Positions 50,307-62,022 of a stretch of 64,000 bases of DNA are shown here, piece by piece. The DNA is from Setoptus koraiensis. Its lineage: Eukaryota > Animalia > Arthropoda. The DNA is taken from assembly GCA_048013815.1 (NCBI GenBank), contig CM106586.1, positions 11,160,001 through 11,224,000 on the forward strand, written 5' to 3'. A program made the position numbers and the translations under genes. The notes under the pieces are model-generated. The model saw only the letters and a program-made list of their open reading frames with translations, had not been told where the DNA came from and ran no database searches. Positions within the stretch are counted from its first letter, which is position 1. Every line of letters begins with the position of its first letter.

Positions 50307-51573
50307 TCAGTAATTGGCGCTATGGTCGTAATTCACTCTTCTCGTTATAGTTCTTTTATGGGTTGTTGTGACAGGTGCATGATGATGGACGGGACAATCC
50401 CCTGAGTTAGCATAAAGATCTGGAGTTTTGGTGATACGTGTTACAACACTTGTGGTTGTTCGAGGATATTCTTTGTCCACTTTATGAGCTGGAACAAATA
50501 AACCGTGATTCCTTTGGCAAAAGAAATACCTGTTGCAAATTAAAAATTAAAATATAGAAATAAATTAAGATCTCGACCTGTGAATGAATAACATAAAAAA
50601 CGAACGTGATCGACTGTTCGTAACACTGGAACTTTTCACTCGAATTGAACGATTAAGATCCATTACGTACCTTCTTCCCTGCACCGCACCGTCGTTCTTT
50701 CCAAACGGACTATCCAATTCAACACCTGCCCATTGACCCGAACCAAAACTTGTTTCACCGAGAAATCTCAGCATACCAGTTAATGTGCCTTGCGTTGAAT
50801 TGACACAAACTCTTTCACCAACTCTGAGATTTGTTTGAAAATATTCCTCTCTTGAGACTCTACCGCTTGGAGTTGCCGATCTAGCTCGTGACGAGGATCG
50901 CTTTGATGGGCTGGGTGTTCGGGGAGGTACATAAGCCACACGAGAGGCATACACCCTATCTGGTCGTCTTGGTAAAGCATAATGGGGTATCGGCGAATGT
51001 GTGGTGCTAGTGATTGTCTTCGAAACTTGACGACGTCCATCGGGCGACCTATATTGAGAGCGGCGCACTATGACATCCTTGTTTAAGTCTGAATGCGATC
51101 GTGTTCGAACAAACTCGTCATCCTCTAAGATACCATCCGCCGAGGAAGAATTATGCAAAAGGCACTGTTCGAATCCGGGTGCCGGCGTGCGACTCAGACG
51201 ATGCAATCTGACAAAATCACCACGGTTGTTCTCACACTGGAAATATTCCTTTCCTCTAACGACACCATTGTGCTTACCAATTGGTTCGTCGTAAACTACT
51301 CCGGCAAGATCGCCAGTTGTGAATTTTGTCTCGCCAATAAATTGAACGAATGCAGGCTTATCTCCATCGACCCAAACACGATCGCCAACAATGAAATCGT
51401 CTTCAATATCTTCCAATGGAGTATCTGTATTCGAGACAGGAAGAAGAGAAAAACGAATGAGCAACTTACTGTTAGTCAGATGTTTCAAGTGCTCATTGAA
51501 CAGGATGTTTCTATTCTCTCGGCCGTGTTTTATTACCTCTGGGTAGGCTGGTATAACTTGTGGCAGAGTACAT
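50307..51573 (-). CDS. Short two-CAP-Gly-domain protein (CLIP-170/restin N-terminal-like), 3 predicted exons
   Basis: CAP-Gly 1 is FIVGDRVWV..G....FIGET...GDLAGV..DEPIGKHNG...YFQC. CAP-Gly 2 is LRVGERVCV...RFLGETSFGSGQWAGVELDSPFGKNDG, then intron, then RYFFC..NHGLFVP, with a stop at 50307. A CTGACTAAC branch site lies in intron 1. Confidence 0.85.
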
Positions 51574-52835
51574 TGTGCCACCAAAATCAAGATGTATTGG
51601 TCACTTGTTGAATATTTGTCTTATTTCGAAAATGATGATGCTTGATAACACTGCAGAACTCTGGTGCGAACTGTAATTGAATTAGACTTATTAGGTAAAT
51701 GTGCGACTTTAAAACAAAGGAAAATTGTAATGTCTCGAGAAACTTTATGCTGGATATTCTATTGAAAGAACCAACATGATCTTGTACTTTCACTTATTTG
51801 TTGTTGTTGGTTTTTTTTTGAATTGATAGTACCTGTGGAGGTGGGTTTTAGAATATTATGAACCGTTTTCGTTCAATGCTATTCTAATTTGAGCACTCAG
51901 TATTAACAATTCTATTTTAACTACCATCAGGAGTGGCTTACAACAACCATTACAACAAAGGTAATGAAGCAAGCTTGTTAATTTACCTTGCAGATGAAAA
52001 GGTAGATATTTTGATGCCTGATACTTGGGCAATCTTTATGCCAATCTTTCATTATCTTTACTAACATCGTAATCGAAAATTCAATTTAGACTAAGTTACT
52101 TATACATGCTGTCGTTTACTAGATCGCGTAGGCCCTATACAACAATACTATAAATTGATACAGCATACAATTTACAGGTGGGTAGTAATGGTGAGTTGAT
52201 TGAAGTTAACACTCTCCAACTAACACCTACACAAAAATTTATTCTTTGATTATATCCACGACAATACAGTCCCTCTCAAATATGATTCTTGACAAACAAA
52301 CAACAAAAGTAGAAAGTCAACTCGCATTAGTATTTCATAGCGCGTCTAATTCATAATCATTTCGTAAATGATTTGCTCATTCGCAAATTTAGCAAACAAC
52401 AACAACAGTCGTAGCAGTAGATACAAGTGTACATTAATAGTTTCATTGATTAGAAAGTGTTTCAACGTTTTGTTTAATCTATATTTGTTTGTATATCATA
52501 TGAAAAACTTGTTCCTATTCATTATTGTGCATAGTTAATGACCTTGATTGATTTTGTAATCTTGTTAACACGTCATCGATATATGGCTTTCCACAAAAGT
52601 TTTCAGGAACTACTGATGCACACATTCAACAAGTCAACAATTATCTGGACTTTGCATAACAAACAATATGCTATAAGACCAAACACAACAAGTCCTGCTG
52701 TGGAGAGTAATACAAGCTCCAGTCTCATGCTTGTGGTTCTCGATGGCACCAAGATAAACACTAAGGATGGATGCATCACACCGCATAGATGAATATCTTC
52801 TCAAAGATCCATTGAAAGAATGTCGATTTCCTTTA

Positions 52836-54185
52836 TCAACTTCGACTTAGGATACTTTCAAGTGCAATATTTCTCGTCTTTTTCCTGAGAAGAGGAGCTA
52901 GATCGTCAAGCTTCCATCGAATTCTATCAATGAGCTTGAGTAGTATGCTCAGTCCAGTGGCTCCTTCCGCCAGCAATGTGATGTAATTGGCATCCTCGTG
53001 AAGTTTGTTGTTAGGAGAGCTTGTAAATATAAGATTATTATGGATTGGCTCTAGCGGTGTGTAGCCCCTCAAGATATAGTCATGAAACATAGCGGGCTGA
53101 ACTTGATGTTTGATAGAGCCAAGACTGAAGTCGCTAGAATGTGATGAATTCGACATCATTGATGTGGGTGACGAATATCTGGATTGATTCAAATCTATTA
53201 CAGTTGATGCTGACGTTGATAGGCTCGTGTTTGGTGTCCCGCTCGTGTTTGCCTGAGAAGACGCCGTGTCACTAATGACCTGTAACGCTGATTTAATTCT
53301 ACGCAGCTCGCCACCAATTAGATTACAAATAAGCTTTTTCTGTGAACCTAGCCTTATCCAATCGACCATAACGTCCAATGTGGCAAACAAAATTGGGTAT
53401 TGTTGCAACTGGGGAATCTGTAGTTGTTCAGTTGATTTGCAATTCTTTTGAGCGTGCCCATTCTGAGCGACATTGGTGTCAATGAGAGGCGTGATTAGAT
53501 CGTTATTCAAATAATTTAAAAAAGGTCGAGCAACGGGAAGTAAATTGTCCACATAAGTCGTTAGAACCATCAGAAAGAACCAATTGTAAGGCGTTTTGGG
53601 TAGGAGAGCCAATTGAGAGTCTTTCAATTCACTGGTCTCCTCGTTAATTATGTGACTTAAAAGTTCGTTTCCATATTGAGCAACAGCAATACGAAGATTG
53701 TTATCTGAAATTCTGTTTAGTGGTTTTTGGACGGATTTTGCGGCACGAGCGTAATAGTAGCAACATTTAAACTCATCGTTGGGCGATGTTAACAAGGCTA
53801 ATTGGTTATAAGCATGACCATAAAGTGGAAATAAATTTCTAGCATTACAATAATAGAATTTTGCTTGGTCTGACCTGACCATGTACCGACTTAAATCCCC
53901 CAATCTAATCAGAATGTGATAATAGAACAGATCATCTTGGCGTTTGGGTGGGCCCAATTGATATAGTAGAGTGTGATAGAAGCCAATGAGATACTCGAAT
54001 AAATTTTCGTCATTTAATGAGCGTATCTTCTTGATTTCATTCCATAGTTGTTGCTCCGAATTCAATCGTTCCTGTTGCGAGTTATTTACCTTGTCTAAGA
54101 CAACACTCGATAATCTGTTACATAGACCATAAATCTGAGTCAATGGTAAATTGGCTGTATTGGTCAATGTTATTGGAGGGTGCAT
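52836..54185 (-). CDS. SMG7: EST1/SMG5-6-7 family protein lacking a PIN domain (SMG7-like), intronless
   Basis: EQQLWN, GFYHTLL, ILIRLGDLSRY...QAKFYY..A..LFPLYGHAYNQLALL...YYYARA match the 14-3-3-like EST1 domain; the later DYILRGYTPL matches as well. No PIN domain before the stop. Confidence 0.7.
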   Translation of the reverse strand: MHPPITLTNTANLPLTQIYGLCNRLSSVVLDKVNNSQQERLNSEQQLWNEIKKIRSLNDENLFEYLIGFYHTLLYQLGPPKRQDDLFYYHILIRLGDLSRYMVRSDQAKFYYCNARNLFPLYGHAYNQLALLTSPNDEFKCCYYYARAAKSVQKPLNRISDNNLRIAVAQYGNELLSHIINEETSELKDSQLALLPKTPYNWFFLMVLTTYVDNLLPVARPFLNYLNNDLITPLIDTNVAQNGHAQKNCKSTEQLQIPQLQQYPILFATLDVMVDWIRLGSQKKLICNLIGGELRRIKSALQVISDTASSQANTSGTPNTSLSTSASTVIDLNQSRYSSPTSMMSNSSHSSDFSLGSIKHQVQPAMFHDYILRGYTPLEPIHNNLIFTSSPNNKLHEDANYITLLAEGATGLSILLKLIDRIRWKLDDLAPLLRKKTRNIALESILSRS

Positions 54186-57100
54186 AATTTGTTGTATGGC
54201 TTATATGACAATTGTGTTGTGCTGTTTCTACTAATACGAGATACGCTGTTCGTGCGGGTTCCTTATCATCCAGAAATGCTTAGCGAACAATCTGAATAGT
54301 GACTGACAATAATAATAATAAATACTAGAATGGACAAATTACTGACATCACGAATGTGTCTATCACTATGGCTTCCTGTTATCATACGGCTCAAGCAGGC
54401 AGGTGTACCTCTCGGTTGGATTCTTCGCTGCTGGATCTATTCGGATTGGACAGTTGAGTTTCTCTGGGTGATTTGTAGCACACAAATAATATGATAAGAT
54501 CTAATTACTGATAGTAACGGCTATTTTATGCAGAGGACATGGCATAAAATAAATATGAACCGTCATCACGAATATCATATGTATCTGGGTTTTTTTCACC
54601 TGGCGAGCATATCTAGCATGGATGTGTCAACACATATTTACGCCATAGAGACACTACAACAAGCGGCGTTATAAACCGTGACACACCGGCTAAATGAAGT
54701 TTTGATGAGCGCTATCATGCCAGCACCGTCCGCCAGGCGGCTTTTTTTGTTTCATTATGTGTGCATCGGTCAGCCTGCAAGCGCTGAGGCAAATAATAGT
54801 TCACTTCGATAGCTGTAGCCAAACTTTTGCGATTTTCGCGTAGCGGATAAAACAGCCGTATGTCACAGTGTATCGCAGCGCCACTTGCGCACAAATCTGG
54901 CTTGAGGTCACTCATTGAGATTTATCAGCCAGCCCGGAGAGATGAACAAACGAAAGGATGCGCGCATGCTGTCATACATGTGCTGACAACAATTAACCGG
55001 TATCTTGTGCAACTGCCACTTTGGGGTACACGAAGAGATATCCGACTCGTTTACAGTGAGTTACGCCGGATTGCAAATCTTTGAAATACAAAAATTCTGC
55101 GGGATATTCAAATGTCCTCACATAAATCGCGTCATGCAGGCCCTCCATAAAACCCCCCAAAAAAGAGATGAAACAGTCCGGTCTCGGCGGCAGTATTGTA
55201 TTTAGTTAGATACAGGATCTAGGTGGCATGACGTGTGTAATATAAACAATAATAGCAACCACATCCTCTAGGAGCGCGATATTATTTATCATCGATCGTC
55301 ACACTTTAGTTTCCTGTCTCCACAATCCAAACGTATTGTAGGCAGGGATAGGCTTATCAACATATCAACATGTTGTTAACCAGGCGGCAAGTGCGTTGAT
55401 AGTACAGTTGTACTAGCAACGATCGGATCATTGAACAGATTTGTGGAGGTACTGACGAATTAGGATAGCGGCGACAAAAAATCAGATTTCCATCGCTTGT
55501 CATCGGTCTCATTCTTTGTGAACGGTTGCAGTTTGCTCACAGTTTGCTCAGTATAACTGTAATCTCCACCAGCGTGTCATGATCAACGAAATGCGAAGAT
55601 ATTCAAACATGACATGACGACAACGCAGTAATTTCCGAGTGATAAGATCCCGAAACAACGACATCTCAGCAATCCAAAATCCCAGCAAAACCGCATTCAA
55701 ACAATGTATCCACACGTAGGTGTTGCATCGAACAACTAACTGGACCAAAAAAAAACCAACCAACCAGCCCACCAGCCAAACCGTGCATCAGTAGTTGCCT
55801 ACTACGCTGATCTACTCGCAAGGTGAACCATTTTGGCACCCACAAAAACTTCCACAAAACTGTAGCCTAGATTTATTTCCTTGGTCGAACTGTGAAAGTA
55901 AAGGTCGGTCCAAAATCCGTCTGGAGAATACTTTTTGCAATAATCACATAAATTTTTCGATTTCAATTCAAATGTCTGTGTTCTGTTTCCGTGTAATGAT
56001 TGCAGTTGAAATTTAACGTATATTTCAACAATTATTTGATACCGAAAAATCAACGAAAAAATGGTGTTTGACTAGCCACACCGATCATGTATTAGCGCAA
56101 CCATCTCAAATCAGCGGTATAGTAACGTATTTACATGTTACATCCATGACTTGTCCATGACGAAATATGCCTCTTTCTCCATAGACGATATATATATCGC
56201 CGTACTAATTAGGCTAGAAATCGACAACCAACCAACCGAACAGTCAACGAGACTAGCGTTTTCTTGTTCCTGATACACAGGAGAGTTCAAAAAATCTATA
56301 GAGGCCGTATTCTGAGCGTCACATCAAGGAGGTTTACCTTGTCAGATCAGTTGAAAGTGAAGGTTAATTTTTCCCAAGAAGAAAACAAGAAGTTGGTCGA
56401 GATTCACAGAGAAGACAAACTGTAGATTCCAAGCCAGAAGAGGCAAACTACATGCCACCATCTGAAAGTGTTCCGACAGCAATGGGTACTCGTAGCCTAA
56501 ACCGTTGCAAGTTTTGTCCACCACCTTCCTCCGTTGTTTGTGGGAAAGACATGGGGCTGTCCATGGTTTACGATTTGGCGAACAGTGGCAGAACTTTCGA
56601 GCTTCCACTTTTGAGGCTCTTGGCAAAAATCCATGCAGTTGCAAGCTAGCCATAGTGAGTTCCAAGATATGAGTATTGTTAGCTGCGTTCGGTCTAAACT
56701 AAAATTGACAAATTGTCGACTAATCAATTTTAAAGAATCATCCGCCTGCCAGACAATCGTCAAATCAAAATCTCAGGTGAGGAGCTGATACTTGAGCAAT
56801 AGGATCATTCTGTCACTGTAAGTGGAAGAATTGTCACTCAGTTGGACCCAACGTGCGCCATCTATACTTTTCGAGGGTTGATGAACTGTTATGTAGTAAT
56901 CAACGATTTAGTTTCTAGGCTGTTTCCTCTTATGTAATTGATTCAATTAGGTTGCCTATAGAGTTCCTGAAAAGCTTCCAGTAGCTTGTTGAAAGAACGC
57001 AAAATTGAATGATAGATGTTTTGTTTGTTCATGTTCAATGTTGCCATTGGCAACCACATATTTGATGGGATTGTTTTGTTTGTTTGTTTGTCAATTGCAG

Positions 57101-57952
57101 TTGTATTGTGAGTGCATCATTTACACAGTAGTAATTAGCGAAACATGTTAGCATTTATCCCTGCTTATTGTTCTTATTGCAAGCGCTGATGTTGCTGCGT
57201 TCACTTGTGTTATCTTTAAATATGTAATCCTCGGAACAGTTACCGGAGATGAACGATGCGATAATATATTTACATTTCTACATGCCAAAGAATGACATAT
57301 CCGACACTGATAGCATCATGAGCACCTATGTGCTGCTCCTACGGTGGTCTATACCGACTGACATTGCGTCGGTGGGCTTTTCATACTGTTGACATTGTAC
57401 GTTGAAGGGCTTGCCAGTTTGATGCAGCTACCGAGGATGGTAGTATGTCCATGTCATGTATTACTAGTTTCTGTTCTCGACAATCATCTCTATGGTTCGA
57501 TGCAGCATACATGATACAATAGAATTGAATTGAAAAGTGAGCTAATTACTACTATTTAACTACATAATGCGCATCACTGATTGTGCTTGCATTGTCACCA
57601 ATCGGATAGTATCATGATTAAACTGTTGATAAGCTTGTTAAAGCTCGACAACTGATATAGTATAATGATATATATTGTTGTTGTTGTTGTTGTTGCTGCT
57701 GCTGCTCTTAGAGGGCACACAGACGATAGAGCATGAGCAACCTTTGCCTCGGCAAAACTTTCTCAATAAGCTCGCTGTTTGAAAATATGGTGGCTCCATA
57801 ACAACCTTTGTTTGAGTGTATGAGTGTTCAAATGATTGTTTGTGTGGTATGTTCACAGTAGTTACACTCTGATCCTACATACTTACGCAACATTAAATCA
57901 TCAAGAATTTAATTTTTCAGCAACAACGGCCAGCTAGGCATTGAAAAGAAAG

Positions 57953-59356
57953 ATGAGTCATGACGGTCACAGGTACAATTCAAAATCAAACTTAGGCCAC
58001 TATCCCATCGAGGTGTTGCCAGTGTCGCCTGTGGAGGCGCCCAATAGGAAATCGCTGACAATAATGCTACTGTGCGACTTTGTTCCAGCAACAACAGGTG
58101 AGTATAGATAATAGGTGAGGTGAAACAACAACAGCAAGACAATGATGACAAACAACAATGAGTTCTGACAGTGTGTTCAATTCTCATACGTAATGTAATG
58201 CCAATGTCGTGGTACAATTAGTTGGCGTTCTGCTGTTGCTGCAAATAGCCTTTGCATCACCCGTTTGGCGCGGCTTCTATTGCGACGACGAATCCATCAG
58301 ATATCCCTACCGAGAAGAGACTATTCCCTCGTGGTCGCTGTATTCATTGGGAGCCCTGTTGAATTTTGCACTGGCCATCGTTCTGGAATATAGGCAATTT
58401 GTCAGAATGGATTTGATCGATTGGTCGCGATTGAGGGGCCTCAATTTTCGAACCAACAGAGCAAACAAGCAGCTAGAGTCGGCGGCAGCATCGACGGCGC
58501 CCCAATTCGGGCGCAGCGTCGAAATGAAACTGCTCATGAGCATCTACTGTCGTCTAATGTTGTACCTGTTGGGCCTGTTGGCCTCAACATCCATCACGGA
58601 AATATCCAAGTATGGCGTAGGTCGTCTTAGGCCAAACTTTTTCAGTGTGTGCCAGCCAATGATAGGCAACATGGCCAGCGGTCAGTATGTCAACGGCGAA
58701 TACTTTTGTTCGCAAACGCAACACAAATATTTGTATATAACGGATTATTATTGCGCCGCTAACAAGCGAGTGGACGCGCGCTTGTCCTTCATGTCCGGTC
58801 ACTCGTCTTACGCGGCCTATTGCGCCACCTTCGCCTCGGTGAGTTTGCTCATTAATTAATCATATGCAATTAAGCTTATGCATATCAAATGCAAATGCAA
58901 CGTGCAATGTATCACACAATCTTAATTCCGTTCATCTTTGGCCTCAATTGCCAGGTATACCTCCAATCGATGCTGGCCGACACACCCGTTTTCCGGGCAA
59001 CCATCCAATTGACGCTGCTGCTAATGGCCTATTACACGGGACTAACGCGCGTCACCGACCACCGGCACCACTGGTCCGACGTGCTGGCGGGCCTCGCTCA
59101 GGGCACCCTGATGGCGCTGCTCACCTGTCGGTACGTGTGGCCCGCGTACAGACGCAAATGGGCCAGCTATTTGGTGGCGACACAAGCCGAGCAGACCAGC
59201 TTGCTGCACGTGGTGCCGGTGGCCGACCACTCGACGGACCAATCGAGCGAGGGCCTGTCGCCGTCGCACGAGCGGCCGACCTCCGGCGAGCGCTACCGGC
59301 CGTCGACGCGGCTCGAGGAGCCGGTCAGGCTCAGCTACGACGAGTTTGTCGTCTGA
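57953..59356 (+). CDS. wun: Phospholipid phosphatase (PAP2; wunen/PLPP1-3-like), 3 predicted exons
   Basis: Exons about 57953-58097, 58226-58840 and 58956-59356. RGFYCDDESIRYPY; C1 KYGVGRLRPNF; C2 SFMSGHS; C3 TRVTDHRHHWSDVLAG; several TM segments. Confidence 0.93.
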
Positions 59357-59430
59357 CCGCCTCGTGTCTGGTCGCCAATCAACACAATAACAACGGGCGC
59401 TTGCGAGCCCAACAAAACCACCAAAATTGT

Positions 59431-62022
59431 CTTGTCGCCCCGTCCCTTCGCCTTGTCGCCCCGTCCCTTCGGCTCGTCGCATCTGATCGCTCGGCGACCG
59501 CACTTCTGCGGTGGCACTTGATTGACTGCCGGCCCGCATCGGCCGACGGGCCTCGCGATGCCAGAGCAGCCGCGGCGGCGAATCCGCGCCAGAGCTCGAG
59601 TCTCTGGTCGAGTCGTTGCCCCCGGGTCGGGTTGTTGTTGCCCGCTCGAGCGACGTTCACATACGATTTGCATAGGCATGCATGATGACGATGGCTCGTA
59701 AGCGAGAGTAAAAGTTTGCTCGACACTTTCGTTGGCCGGCTGCGTGCCGAGCAACCTGCTGGCTGCAAGCGGCAATCTGGCGGCGCTAATGTTGGCCTCA
59801 CGGTCCAGTTGAGCTCACTGTCGCTGTCGGCGACAGCAATAATCGGGCGCGAGCGCCCGCCGTGTTGTGTGCCACGGTCAGTTGCACTATCGACACAATC
59901 GCCAATCGCGAGCCATCGACACAATTGCCAGTCGCGAGCCATCGACTGGCCCCCGTGCCAATCAACAAGTTGGCGCAATCGTTCACGTTACAATTCATGT
60001 TACAATTATGCTGCTGGCGCGCTCATTGCAGCGCCAGCAGCCAGCCCCTCTGGCCGAACTCTGGCCGAACTGTGGCGCCAAGTGGCTGTCGGGCAGCTGC
60101 AATTGCTGATTGTTGCAGCAGCAGCGCCGGCGACAAAAGTTGCGGGTGTCAGCGATCGTGCCCACCACTTACACTGCTCGTATACTTGCTGGCCTCGCAA
60201 TTGCAACAACCAGTTGCTGTTGATCCGACAATCGCCGCGATGACCACCAGCCAGCATGCGCAAACACGAGCCATACGCAAACATGAGCCGTACACGAGCC
60301 ATAATGTGTCAGAGTTGCGCGTGCCCGCTGAACCATTCGGGCCAAATGATTCGGCGATGCGAGCTCGGGGGCTGGCGCGCGCCGCGTTCTTTCTCTGGCG
60401 CGTTTTGCCTCAAAATGCAGAATGCAAACTGCAAAATTGTTGCCCACACTGCAAACACTGTCTAACACTGTGCATGCAAATGGACCGTACCAATTGCGCC
60501 GAGTTGTACAACAACTCGCTGCGCTGGCCCAACATGGGCCGATGTGGTCATCGCAGCAATTGGAACGCGCCAATCATACCGCGTGCCAGTCATATGCAAC
60601 AGTGCGCTTGTACGTGCAGGTCACCGCCAACTCTGGCCACGAGCGTGGGCCCACAGCCTCATGCTACGATTATCGTGGTATGATTATCGTGGTATGACTG
60701 TCGTGGTGCGATAGCATCACGGTGTGGCCATCATGATCGCATTGTTACTGTTGCGACGGCCACAATGGTGCTGACCGCGGCATCGCCGATGCACTCGCAC
60801 GGTAATGAGTGGTCATGATCACTTTGCAGCAGCAGCAGCAGCCTGCCTGTACGTGTGATACGTGCACGTGCGCGTGACCATTAGCTAGTCTGTATATGCA
60901 TAGTTATATGGCACCGCGTCGCAGCACGCTATGCAAATGAGCCGGCCGGCCAGCGGCAGCAAACTACCGCTATACCAAACACCAACCACCAGTAGTTATC
61001 GCCACTAGTAGTTATAGCCGGCAGTGGCAGCTATAACTACCAGTGGCGAAGCGCCCGCAGGTCTTGGCAAGGGAGCGCCAAGTTGACCCGCCGATTCAAA
61101 TCTGTCTTGTTAGAATAACATTGTTAGAATAACAATGTTAGACTAACAATGTTACCTTGATCCCCGTTGGCCCGTTGGCAAAATATCGTATTGTCGCACA
61201 TTGCAACAGTTATCGGCGGCTTGTGTCCATCGTTACATAATCTCGTGCCGATACCCGCCACACAACCGAAACCAAATGCGCCACGACGGCGCGAGTAACA
61301 CTACGACGCCAAAGCAACGGCATTTGTGCGTTTTCCGGCCGACGAAACCGGCGTCGCCGTCGAGCTCAATTGATCCAAATAGTTCGATCGTCGCTATTTG
61401 CGCCCCATGACAACGGCAAACAGCAAAGCCGGCCATCAAGCGGATATCCTCTCGTGAGGTTTTTCGTTGCTCCATCTTTTTTGTATTCCCTCATTCCACT
61501 CGACAAATACAAAAATTCCTCTGCGTGCCAGAGAAAACACAAACGCACAAACTGTGTGTGTGTTTTCTCTGGGCGCCATTGTAGTTTTTCGCTTCTCCGG
61601 TTTCCCTTCGAAGTTCGAACAGCGAATTGCAGCAAACACACACACACACACACAGAATCAGTATTGGCGCTGGCAGAAATGTTGAAAGTAACGAATACAA
61701 CGAAAACAGCCAAGAAAAACGTTGGCAAACGACGTTGCGAGCCCAATCACCGATACCTCGGCCGACCGGCATAGCGTCGTTAGTGAGCGCTATTGAACGC
61801 GTACGCGCAGGTAACCATTGCAATTGAGAACTTTGCAACACCAGTGGCATTACATAACACACATAATTACATAATACATGCAGGCGAAGCTGTGGCCTGT
61901 TTGCGATAATGAAGCGGCCGTCTCATTACGCGACCGGCTGATTGTTGGAGGCTCTGCTGGCCAGATGAGGTCCAGTGGCCGATAGTTAGTCAGTGTGTAG
62001 TTAGTCAGTGTATAGTTAGTCA
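59431..62022. repeat. Region dense in short tandem duplications (11-26 bp units, 2-4 copies)
   Basis: 21-bp unit 59431-59480; 26-bp 59889-59946; 11-bp 60048-60069; 14-bp 60668-60709; 14-bp 61107-61154; 15-bp 61983-62022. Confidence 0.85.

Noticed and set aside
57240-57450. Several small hairpins (ACCGAC..GTCGGT, CTACC..GGTAG) suggesting a snoRNA
   Set aside because: Stems are short and there is no convincing C/D or H/ACA box arrangement.
59431-62022. Short repeats as a CRISPR-like array
   Set aside because: Eukaryotic context, units unrelated to each other, and no repeat-spacer periodicity.
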